Source of the DNA: Thermoprotei archaeon
GTDB lineage: Archaea; Thermoproteota; Thermoprotei; Thermofilales; B20-G17
Length of the DNA: 46,682 bases
Assembly: GCA_003650785.1 (NCBI GenBank)
Contig: QMRW01000001.1
Span: forward strand, 1 to 46,682
Reading direction: 5' to 3'
Position 1 is the stretch's first letter. Every line of letters starts with the position of its first letter. Below, piece after piece: positions 28,565 to 37,120 of this stretch. Under the pieces are notes generated by a model. It had not been told where the DNA came from. It did no database searches and saw nothing but the letters and a program-made list of their open reading frames with translations. The translations under genes and the position numbers were made by a program.

Positions 28565-30100
28565 CTATGATAAATCTTTCATCATTCTAAATATTTCCTC
28601 ATTGGCTTCGTATACTTTCAAGAATACTCTATAATATTTGTCATATAGCTTAGTCATTTTCTCATCTGGTTGTGTTATTTCTGTTATCTCAAGCCATTCT
28701 TTGATAACTTCGTATTTCTCTATAGTCCTAGTTCCCACACCCGCCAGAAGTGCGTCTCCATAGGGTGCACCAACACTTTCAGCTATGTAGATCATAGGCA
28801 TACCTGTTACACTTGCTATTATAGTACGCCATAGACCTGATCTAGCTCCGCCGTCTACGAGTATTACTTTCTTCAAAGGTATACCTGCATTCTTGGCTGT
28901 TTCTAGACAGTACCTTACAGCATAGGCTACACCCTCTAAGATAGCCCTATAAATGTGAGACTTTGTGTGATACGTAGTTAGTCCTATTAGCATACTTCTT
29001 ACATATTCATCCCACCAGGGTGCACGTTCGCCTACACTCATATGGGGTAAAAATATCAGACCATCACTACCTGGAGGTACTTTAGAGGCCTCTAGATCCA
29101 GTATACTATAAGCGCTTATTCCTATCTGTCCAGCCATAATTTTCTCTAATCTACCTAGTTCATCTCTAAAGAATCTCACACAGGCTCCAGCAGTAGTTAT
29201 ACCAGCGAAAGAGTAGAGCTTCTCCGTATCATATGCCACATGGGGGTAGTTAACAAGCTTAGGAGATAGCCTCAGCTTATCTTGGATTATACCAATGCAC
29301 ATAGAGGTTCCCAACATGGCTCCTACTTCACCATCCTCTAGTGCACCCACACTGAGTGCACTCACAGGAGCATCTATACCTCCAGCCGATACAGGAGTTC
29401 CCCTTGCTAAACCTGTCAGTCTAGATGCCTCCTCTGTGATCTCTCCTACAATATCCTTTGACATTACAATCTCCTCTGGTAGATATTCTACTGGTATACC
29501 CAGAGCGTTCAACATCTCTTCAGACCACTTCCTCTTATGTATATCAAATATTCCACCATAGTTACCAGCTGAACTGTAGTCTACGCTTATTTCTCCAGTT
29601 AATTTATATATAATGTAGGCATTTGGAGTCATTAGCTTGTATATTCTCTTCCATATCTCTGGTTCATTGAACTTTATCCAAAGCATCTTAGTGTAGCCAT
29701 AATAAGGATCAATAGTGTTTCCAGTTATCTTAAATATCTCCTCTTCTCCTATATTCTTTCTAACCCACTCACATTCCCTAGTGGCTCTTCTATCCATCCA
29801 TATTATGGCAGGTCTAAGTGGCTTCATATCTCTATCACATGGTATTCCAGATCCTCCATAGAGCCCCGATATACATATACCAGCTATCTCCTTTACATCT
29901 ACTTTAGATATCTCTATAGCCTGTCTTATGGTCTCTACTACAGCATTAAACCATACCGAGGGCCATTGTTCAGCCCATCCAGGTTTTGGAGTTATCACTC
30001 CATATTCCTTGAATGTTGAGGCTAGTACTTTTCCGCTTGTATCCACTATGACAGTCTTAGTACCGTAAGTTCCAATGTCACATCCGACTAGGTACGTCAT
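28565..30100 (-). CDS. FGGY-family carbohydrate kinase (xylulokinase/ribulokinase-like)
   Basis: N-terminal GCDIGTYGTKT, C-terminal VDGGARSGLW, 511 aa, typical FGGY two-domain length. Confidence 0.85.
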   Translation of the reverse strand: MTYLVGCDIGTYGTKTVIVDTSGKVLASTFKEYGVITPKPGWAEQWPSVWFNAVVETIRQAIEISKVDVKEIAGICISGLYGGSGIPCDRDMKPLRPAIIWMDRRATRECEWVRKNIGEEEIFKITGNTIDPYYGYTKMLWIKFNEPEIWKRIYKLMTPNAYIIYKLTGEISVDYSSAGNYGGIFDIHKRKWSEEMLNALGIPVEYLPEEIVMSKDIVGEITEEASRLTGLARGTPVSAGGIDAPVSALSVGALEDGEVGAMLGTSMCIGIIQDKLRLSPKLVNYPHVAYDTEKLYSFAGITTAGACVRFFRDELGRLEKIMAGQIGISAYSILDLEASKVPPGSDGLIFLPHMSVGERAPWWDEYVRSMLIGLTTYHTKSHIYRAILEGVAYAVRYCLETAKNAGIPLKKVILVDGGARSGLWRTIIASVTGMPMIYIAESVGAPYGDALLAGVGTRTIEKYEVIKEWLEITEITQPDEKMTKLYDKYYRVFLKVYEANEEIFRMMKDLS

Positions 30101-30434
30101 CAGTAGTTATAGGTATAATAGCTAAAAACGGTTTTCATAGGTTAATTGAGTTATGACAGTATCAGTTAATCTTAGCCCTACTTGTAATTTCATGAGTATA
30201 CGCTCAGGATGTGTCCTCCATAATACCAATAGTAAGTGGGGTTTTAGTATTTTAGTTGCTAGAAGAGCGTAGAATGAAGATAAAGGTAGTAGTATTCCTA
30301 TAAAAGGATGGAGATTAGTTCACCTTGGGGCTGACACTTAGTATTTTGATAGAGATCAGAAAGTTATTGGAAAGTATGTGCAGATAAATTATTAATATAC
30401 TGTATTTGTTTATCGCTTTTAGGAGGGATCAGTG

Positions 30435-31766
30435 TTATATTGGTCTAACAAATCCCCACTTCTCAAGCGCTCTCTTCAACTCCTTGTACTCCTCGGCATA
30501 TTCGTCTAGTGGTATTCCCCTTAAAGACGCTTCTATAGACTGTAGCACTGCCATTGCACCAGCCCTAGGACCATCAGGGTGTCCTATGACTCCGCCTCCT
30601 ACCTGAAGCACTAAATCCTTACCAAGAACTCTTATAACCTCGGGTATATTTCCTGGATGTAACCCCCCTGAGGATACTGGTACTGCTGGTTTGATATGGT
30701 ACCATTTTTGCTCTAAGTGGTACCTATCCTCTTTATCGGGTTTAAAGTGGGACTCCCTTAGTATTCGTGCACGATTTATGACATCTATAGTTTTCGCCTC
30801 AAGTTTCCCTACTTCTGGTGTTCCTATATGGAGTTGGTCAAGTCCTATGAGCCTGTAGAGTTTCGCTAGGGTGAACATGGAGACTCCATGATATGGGTTT
30901 CTCGTAAAGGCAGCATGAAAAGCTCTATGAGCATGTATTGCTAATCCGTACTCCTCCGCTAAATCTCTGATATATGTTAATGATGCCCAACCTGTTACCA
31001 CAACGTCAACCATTATGTAAGGATTACCGTAATCGGCAACAAGTTTTAATCTCTTCTCCATTTCCTTAATATCGGCAGTTATATTGGCAAACCAGACCTT
31101 CCTCTCACCTGTCTCGCTTTCTACTCTGTCTATTATCCTCATTATTGACTTTGCACGTGCTTCAAACCTGCAGTAGCTGGGACTTGCTAAATTTTCATCA
31201 TCCTTAATGTAGTCAAGTCCTCCTGATAAGATTTCGTAAGCGAGTTTTTCCACTTCTTCAGGAGAGTAGCCTACTTTTGGCTTAGGTACCGTTCCGACAA
31301 TAGGTCTTTCGTATACCTTGAATATCTCCCGAATACCGTTGATACCCTTGGAAGGCCCCTTGAAGTGTTTTATAAAGTCGTATGGCATGTATATGTCCTC
31401 AACTCTAAGATTCTTAACTCTTCTCATTCCAAATATATTACCTGCCACTGAAGCTAGGAAGGCTGGTAAATTTCCTTCTTCAAATAACTCTAAAGGATAA
31501 GCTACTTTGACTATGTGAGATCCATTGCCCAGGTCGGTAAATTCATAGGCTTTACCCATAAGTTTGTTCAATCTCTCCTGTGAATACCATAAGTACAATG
31601 TAGTCCATGTACCTACGCTACTCTCTGCAGCGATACCACCAGCTGCATCCTCTATAGAGAAGCCTTTAGCGGGAGTTACTCTGAATACCACTATGACGTC
31701 TTTCTCGGGATCTGGAACATAGTCCTTTTTTACAAAAGCCGGATAGGGTTCAAACTTCTTGGACAT
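30435..31766 (-). CDS. rbcL: ribulose-bisphosphate carboxylase, form III (archaeal)
   Basis: GTVPKPKVG, GGLDYIKDDENL (carbamylated-Lys motif), HAHRAFHAAF, SSGGLHPG and VGGGVIGHPDG. 443 aa; no small-subunit gene nearby. Confidence 0.95.
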   Translation of the reverse strand: MSKKFEPYPAFVKKDYVPDPEKDVIVVFRVTPAKGFSIEDAAGGIAAESSVGTWTTLYLWYSQERLNKLMGKAYEFTDLGNGSHIVKVAYPLELFEEGNLPAFLASVAGNIFGMRRVKNLRVEDIYMPYDFIKHFKGPSKGINGIREIFKVYERPIVGTVPKPKVGYSPEEVEKLAYEILSGGLDYIKDDENLASPSYCRFEARAKSIMRIIDRVESETGERKVWFANITADIKEMEKRLKLVADYGNPYIMVDVVVTGWASLTYIRDLAEEYGLAIHAHRAFHAAFTRNPYHGVSMFTLAKLYRLIGLDQLHIGTPEVGKLEAKTIDVINRARILRESHFKPDKEDRYHLEQKWYHIKPAVPVSSGGLHPGNIPEVIRVLGKDLVLQVGGGVIGHPDGPRAGAMAVLQSIEASLRGIPLDEYAEEYKELKRALEKWGFVRPI

Positions 31767-31799
31767 ACAGGCACCTTTCTCGTATAAGCCAGTTCTTTG

Positions 31800-31806
31800 A
31801 TATAAA
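31800..31806 (-). promoter_or_regulatory. TATA-like box upstream of rbcL
   Basis: TTTATAT on the minus strand, 34-40 nt upstream of the ATG at 31766. Confidence 0.3.
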
Positions 31807-31979
31807 CCTTGCTCGATGGAAGAACCCTAGTGTACTCCTTATTCTTTAAAGTTCTAGCTAAATACTAAATTCATCATAATTTCAAGGTTTTAATGTTTCT
31901 TACTTTTTCCTACACCAGCTGGTATACTTAGTTTCCTAGTTTAGGATATTTCATTTTTATCTATATGTCTACTTGGTAG

Positions 31980-32723
31980 TTAGAATTCGTATATCCATTT
32001 ACCGTACTTCCTATCTATTATCGGTCTTCTAGCCGCTAATACCCAGAGATACTTCATTTCGAAACCAGGTGCTACTACATTAGGATGAAATCCCCTAGGT
32101 ATAGTCACTATGTCGCCCTCTTCCACTACATAGCACCTTCTATTACTGGGATCAGTATAGACAAATTGAATACCATAGCCAGGTTTAGGCAGTCTATAAA
32201 ATACATAGAACTCTTCTAAAGTATCACCATGATCATGAGGAGGCCAACTGGACCAGTTACCAGGCTTGACCCATGTATAACCAGCTAATATCCTGGATGC
32301 CTTAACATCCTCCGTTATCATATCAAAGACTTCACGTAGACTACTCTCCTCACCCACTATTCTATGTCTCCTCCTATCTTCAACAATACTCCTAAATGGT
32401 ATGAGTACGGGTTCAGTATCTATATTGCTTGGTGCACTGCTTAGTGCAAAGTGTACTGTATCTACTCCTATAAATCTCACTTTATGTCTTCGGGGCACAT
32501 ATATCATATCATGTTCACCTAGCCTATACTCACTTCCTCCGATCTCTATAATACCTCTGCCTGAATAGCTACATATCATGAATTCTTTATCTGAAGTATT
32601 CAACATGTACTCTCTATCCCTGCTTAGTATTAGTTCTCCGTATGTAAGTAGGTCTAGGTCACTATTTTCTGGACTCACTATCTCTATATACTTATTTTGT
32701 TCTCTTCTAGGTTTAAATTTCAT
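31980..32723 (-). CDS. iolB: 5-deoxy-glucuronate isomerase (IolB)-like cupin
   Basis: PGNWSSWPPHDHGDTLEEFYVFY closely matches the IolB signature (GNWSSYPPHKHD...EE.YY). Bicupin length of 247 aa. Confidence 0.6.
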   Translation of the reverse strand: MKFKPRREQNKYIEIVSPENSDLDLLTYGELILSRDREYMLNTSDKEFMICSYSGRGIIEIGGSEYRLGEHDMIYVPRRHKVRFIGVDTVHFALSSAPSNIDTEPVLIPFRSIVEDRRRHRIVGEESSLREVFDMITEDVKASRILAGYTWVKPGNWSSWPPHDHGDTLEEFYVFYRLPKPGYGIQFVYTDPSNRRCYVVEEGDIVTIPRGFHPNVVAPGFEMKYLWVLAARRPIIDRKYGKWIYEF

Positions 32724-32777
32724 GTTCCTAATATGCTGTAGAAATACTTAACTTTAAGTGATTTGTTTCACTAGTAG

Positions 32778-33044
32778 GTGTTAGAATTGGATGTCAAGAA
32801 GGAGGTCAGTAAGGCCATAGTGAGATTACTGCGAGTAACCAGTGATGGCGTATATGTGGATGCTACAGAAATAGCTGAACTACTAAATGTTAATAACAGG
32901 AGCATTGTGAGGGAAATAGCTAAAGTACTCGATAGTTTTGAGAGCTTGGGTCTACTGACTAGAATTTATGGAAAGACACTTTCTGATAAAGTATATTTCG
33001 TATCAAAGAATTTATTGAAGAAATTTGAAGATATGGTAAGATAG
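32778..33044 (+). CDS. small winged-helix DNA-binding protein
   Basis: 88 aa. ATEIAELLNVNNRSIVREIAKVLDSFESLGLL looks like an HTH plus wing. 8 nt upstream of sufC. GTG start. Confidence 0.45.
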   Translation: MLELDVKKEVSKAIVRLLRVTSDGVYVDATEIAELLNVNNRSIVREIAKVLDSFESLGLLTRIYGKTLSDKVYFVSKNLLKKFEDMVR

Positions 33045-33052
33045 GTGATAGT

Positions 33053-33781
33053 ATGCCCACTCTGGAGATTATAGATCTAGACATAGCTGTTAAGGATAGA
33101 GTAATACTAAGAGATGTTAATCTCGAGTTAGAGAGAGGCAAAGTAAGTGTTCTAATGGGTCCTAATGCCTCAGGAAAGACTAGTTTAGCTATGGCAATAG
33201 TAGGAAATCCCATGTACAGAGTACTAAAGGGAAGAATACTACTTGAGGGTGAGGATATATTAGGACTACCAATACACGAGAGAGTTAAAAGGGGTATTTC
33301 GATAGCTTACCAATCTCCACCAGAAATAAGAGGACTCAAACTATATGATCTACTAAATCTACTAGCTGAAAGGAGAGGAGTTCGTAGAAAGTATGTAGAG
33401 GAGGTACTTCATCTACTCAATATAAACTCTCAATTACTTAATCGAGATCTATATGTAGGCTTCTCAGGTGGTGAGAAAAAGAGAATAGAGATGGTTCAAA
33501 TACTCATATCTAGACCTAAAGTAGCTATATTAGATGAACCAGATTCAGGAGTAGATGTAGACTCACTCAAGCTTATATCCAATGCTATAAGGACTTTATT
33601 GAGAGAGGGGACTGCAGTACTATTAATAACTCATTATAGATTAATTCTCCAAGAGATCCCAGCTGATCCAGTATACATAGCTATCAAGGGTCGGGTGAAA
33701 GAGTGTGATGCCTCAATAGTACAGATTATAGAGAAATGTGGATATGGATGCATAGAGAGGGGAGTATGTGATGTCGTATGA
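33053..33781 (+). CDS. sufC: Fe-S cluster assembly ATPase SufC
   Basis: Walker A GPNASGKTS, ABC signature FSGGEKKR, Walker B ILDEPDSGVD, H-loop ITHY. Confidence 0.9.
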   Translation: MPTLEIIDLDIAVKDRVILRDVNLELERGKVSVLMGPNASGKTSLAMAIVGNPMYRVLKGRILLEGEDILGLPIHERVKRGISIAYQSPPEIRGLKLYDLLNLLAERRGVRRKYVEEVLHLLNINSQLLNRDLYVGFSGGEKKRIEMVQILISRPKVAILDEPDSGVDVDSLKLISNAIRTLLREGTAVLLITHYRLILQEIPADPVYIAIKGRVKECDASIVQIIEKCGYGCIERGVCDVV

Positions 33782-35009
33782 GCCTAACTGGATGAAAAAG
33801 AGGAGAGATTTAGCGAGAAGTTTGATAAATAGATTGCCAGAACCCAAATATGGAGTACACATAGATCTAGATGAATTCCTATATGAGGCTAAGAAATGGT
33901 ATAGAGTGGAGACTATAGACGATCTTCCTCCAGAAGTTAGAGAAGTACTAAACAGAATGGGATTGTTTAGTAGGAATTCAGCTATACAGGTAGATGGTGA
34001 TATTGTATATAATGAGCTCAGGAAAAATATACCAGATGGAGTTATTGTTGAAAATATTGAAGCAGCCATCAGAAAATATCCATATATAGAGAATTACTGG
34101 TTTAAAACAGTTCCTCTATCACTTAATAAACTGACCGCCATAAATGCTGCTTATAGTAGAGGTGGATTCTTCATACATGTAGGAGAGAAAGTAAGACTGA
34201 AGACACCTATACAGGCATGCTTCCTAGTAGCATCCTCCAAGTATGCACAACTTCCTCACAATATACTCATAGCAGAGCCCCACTCTGAAGTACATATACT
34301 AACTGGTTGTACCGCACTTACCTTCACGGCATTTTCTCTACATGCTGGTCTCACTGAGATATTTGTAAAGGAAGGAGCTAGAGTGATATATACAATGATC
34401 CATATGTGGCCTCCAGGAGTTCATATAAGACCACTAAAAGGAGTAGTTGTAGAGAATGGTGGTGAATTCATAAGTAACTATGTACTACTGAGGGGTGGTG
34501 CAAGTCTTCAGGCATTTCCTACAGTGATACTCAGAGGTAGAGCAGCAACTACTTCTACAAGAAGCATAGTGATAGGAACAGATAGTACTGATATAGATTT
34601 AGGCAAAGCAGTATACCTCCTGGGAGAGAAGAGTAGTGCTAGACTTATCTCTAGGGCTGTGGCTATGGGAAAATCCAATATCAAAATAAGATTGAAAGCT
34701 CTCGGAAAAGCTCATAATGTTAAAGCACATCTAGAGTGTGATGGAATCATAGTAAGCGATGAAGCATCAATAAAAGCTATACCGGAATTAATTGGTCATA
34801 GTAAGAATGCCGAATTACACCATGAGGCTTCAATAGGTAAAGTAGCCGAAGAACAACTTCTATACCTTATGAGTAGAGGATTCGAACCTGAAGAGGCTAC
34901 AGCACTCATAGTAAGAGGCTTTCTCGATCCCTCTGGAATGGGACTTCCGAAACCACTAGAGAGACAAGTAAGGGCTATGGTTAAAATGTTTGTAGAGAAA
35001 GCACTCTAA
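33768..35009 (+). CDS. Fe-S cluster assembly scaffold protein, SufB/SufD family
   Basis: The C-terminus HHEASIGKVAEEQLLYLMSRGFEPEEATALIVRGF is the SufB/SufD signature. Overlaps sufC by 14 nt. Confidence 0.8.
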   Translation: MMSYEPNWMKKRRDLARSLINRLPEPKYGVHIDLDEFLYEAKKWYRVETIDDLPPEVREVLNRMGLFSRNSAIQVDGDIVYNELRKNIPDGVIVENIEAAIRKYPYIENYWFKTVPLSLNKLTAINAAYSRGGFFIHVGEKVRLKTPIQACFLVASSKYAQLPHNILIAEPHSEVHILTGCTALTFTAFSLHAGLTEIFVKEGARVIYTMIHMWPPGVHIRPLKGVVVENGGEFISNYVLLRGGASLQAFPTVILRGRAATTSTRSIVIGTDSTDIDLGKAVYLLGEKSSARLISRAVAMGKSNIKIRLKALGKAHNVKAHLECDGIIVSDEASIKAIPELIGHSKNAELHHEASIGKVAEEQLLYLMSRGFEPEEATALIVRGFLDPSGMGLPKPLERQVRAMVKMFVEKAL

Positions 35010-35070
35010 TTCTCGAAATTCTGAAGGTAATTAATATTACCTCCTCGCAAGATCTTATAGTTGAATACAC

Positions 35071-36126
35071 ATGAAGAAATTCAGCAAAATACTGATAGAG
35101 CTATCCAAGTGGGATAGATGTAAAGTTCCTATATACAACGCATGTGCTAGTGGAAAGAGGATTCCAATAATAAAAACTCTACTCTCCTCTATTTGCATAA
35201 ACGAATGTAAATACTGTGCCCTAAGGAGAGGAAGAGTAGCCCCTAGAGAGAGATGGAACATTAACAAGTTAGTGGATATTACCCTAAAGCTATGGAAAAG
35301 AGGATTAATAGAGGGATTATTTCTATCTTCTAGCGTGTACTCAGACCCTGAGGTAGTAGTGGAGGATGAGATCGAAGTTGCTCGAATGCTACGTGAGAGA
35401 GGATTCACGGGCTATATACACCTAAGGTTAATGCCGGCTACACCTAAATTCCTCATCTGGGAGGCTGCCGAGGTTGCTGATAGAATAGGAGTTAACTTAG
35501 AAAGTATGGATCCGAGCATATTCTATGATATAGCTCCCGATAAGGGGGATTATAGATTAGATCTTCTAGATGTACTAGAAGAGTGTTACAGTATCTGGAG
35601 AGAGCTAGGAGGAAGGAGGAATGTACTTAGGGCTGGTGTTGATACTCAAGTGATAATTGGTGTAGGAGAAACTGATGAGACTACGATAAGAGCTACATAC
35701 GATCTGATCTCTAGATTTAAGTTAAAGCGTATTTACTATAGTCCCTTTGAACCAGTACCAAACACTCCTCTAGAGAAAAGACCTCAATGTCCACAGTACA
35801 GAGCTACGCTCCTCTATCAGATCTTCTTTCTGATTCGAGATTATGGTTTTAAACTAGAAGAGATACTACCGTTACTAGATGACCACGGTATGCTTCCTCC
35901 TGTAGGCGACATAAAGAAGGAGTATGCTAAGAAAAATCCAGATCTCTATCCAGTGGATCTCAAAAATGCGTCTAGAGAGGAGATACTACGAGTTCCAGGA
36001 ATAGGGCCTAGATTGGCAGATAAAATAATAAATCTACGCGAAAGTGGGAGGTTATCTAAATATGAACTAGTGAGCATAATGGGGCTTAAGAGAGCTAAGA
36101 GTGTAATGAAATACGTAGTCCTTTAG
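35071..36126 (+). CDS. radical SAM protein with C-terminal helix-hairpin-helix (resembles the putative DNA modification/repair radical SAM family)
   Basis: CINECKYC (CX3CX2C) near the N-terminus. C-terminal LRVPGIGPRLADKIINLR HhH motif. Confidence 0.65.
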   Translation: MKKFSKILIELSKWDRCKVPIYNACASGKRIPIIKTLLSSICINECKYCALRRGRVAPRERWNINKLVDITLKLWKRGLIEGLFLSSSVYSDPEVVVEDEIEVARMLRERGFTGYIHLRLMPATPKFLIWEAAEVADRIGVNLESMDPSIFYDIAPDKGDYRLDLLDVLEECYSIWRELGGRRNVLRAGVDTQVIIGVGETDETTIRATYDLISRFKLKRIYYSPFEPVPNTPLEKRPQCPQYRATLLYQIFFLIRDYGFKLEEILPLLDDHGMLPPVGDIKKEYAKKNPDLYPVDLKNASREEILRVPGIGPRLADKIINLRESGRLSKYELVSIMGLKRAKSVMKYVVL

Positions 36127-36145
36127 GTAAATTTCTTATTCCAAA

Positions 36146-37120
36146 CTACTCTTCAAGTGCACTTGTCAATTTAATCATTCGATCCATGATAATCCATCCG
36201 TAGTCTTCGCTCAGGACTAATATCGCTGCTTGAGGTGGTATTAATCCTCTCTCAGTTACTATGATATCTATATACTCTGGTGGTGTTATATCGAAAGCTG
36301 GATTCCTAATCTTGATCTTTTTATATCTAAAGAATTTCTCTGAACAGACTTCTCTAGGATCTCTTTCCTCTATTTCCACAAGTTCCCCTAGTACTGTTAC
36401 TGGACTGAATTTATAGGTCTCGGCAGCTACTATAAAATCTACAGATGCTTCATTAGCTGCTAGTGCTATTAATGAAGTACCTACCTTATTTACAACAGCA
36501 CCATTAGCAGCTATGGCATCAGCACCTACAATAACCTTATCGATTTTTTTCATAATGGATTTAATAGCTGAATCTGGTATTAGTACTGTAGGTACATTAT
36601 TCCTTTTTAATATACCAGCTGTTATGTATCCTTGACATTTAGGTCTAGTCTCTGTTGCAAATACTTCAATATCCTTACCATCCTTAAATGCTCTTATTAT
36701 GATCTCAAGCGCTGTGCTACTGTTGCAGTGGGTGAGTATGGTCTCTCCTGAGGAGATCATATGTGATCCTATAATTCCTATTTTCTTTACGGCTTCTAAT
36801 GAGTATTTTATAAACTCAGTGGCATGCGTAATTATGGATTCTCTGGCCTCATGTACTCTCTCTATATATTCTAAATCCCTCTTGTACCTAGATAATATGT
36901 ATGAAATAGCATTAGGCAGGGAGACAGCAGTAGGTCTAGTCTCTCTAAGTAACTTGGCTACTCTCCTTATGTACTCATTAAATTCCTCTAGACTATCTCC
37001 CGTATATGCAGTTGCAGCTTCTGCTAATCCTTTAGCTACGGCTCTAGCTATTCTACCAGCTCCTCTAATTCTCATAGCTTTTATATCCTCAGCTAACTTA
37101 AGTACTGATTCGGGAATCAT
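36146..37120 (-). CDS. e2b2: ribose-1,5-bisphosphate isomerase (eIF-2B alpha/beta/delta family, catalytic type)
   Basis: ILTHCNSS (Cys132), TETRPKCQG, VIVGADAIAANGAVVNKVGT (Asp201), AAETYKF and NPAFDITPPEYID.IVTERG. These residue positions closely match the Cys133/Asp202 pair that I recall for the Thermococcus kodakarensis enzyme. Confidence 0.75.
   Translation of the reverse strand: MIPESVLKLAEDIKAMRIRGAGRIARAVAKGLAEAATAYTGDSLEEFNEYIRRVAKLLRETRPTAVSLPNAISYILSRYKRDLEYIERVHEARESIITHATEFIKYSLEAVKKIGIIGSHMISSGETILTHCNSSTALEIIIRAFKDGKDIEVFATETRPKCQGYITAGILKRNNVPTVLIPDSAIKSIMKKIDKVIVGADAIAANGAVVNKVGTSLIALAANEASVDFIVAAETYKFSPVTVLGELVEIEERDPREVCSEKFFRYKKIKIRNPAFDITPPEYIDIIVTERGLIPPQAAILVLSEDYGWIIMDRMIKLTSALEE
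36446..36513. repeat. 68-nt tract identical to 37438-37505 (copy 1)
   Basis: Base-by-base comparison: tgcttcattagctgctagtgctattaatgaagtacctaccttatttacaacagcaccattagcagcta occurs in both genes. Identity collapses immediately outside the tract. Confidence 0.9.

Noticed and set aside
31871-31877. ATGATGA (minus strand) upstream of rbcL as a second C/D-box sRNA.
   Set aside because: There is no CTGA D box at the expected ~40-45 nt distance, and the downstream sequence is extremely AT-rich.
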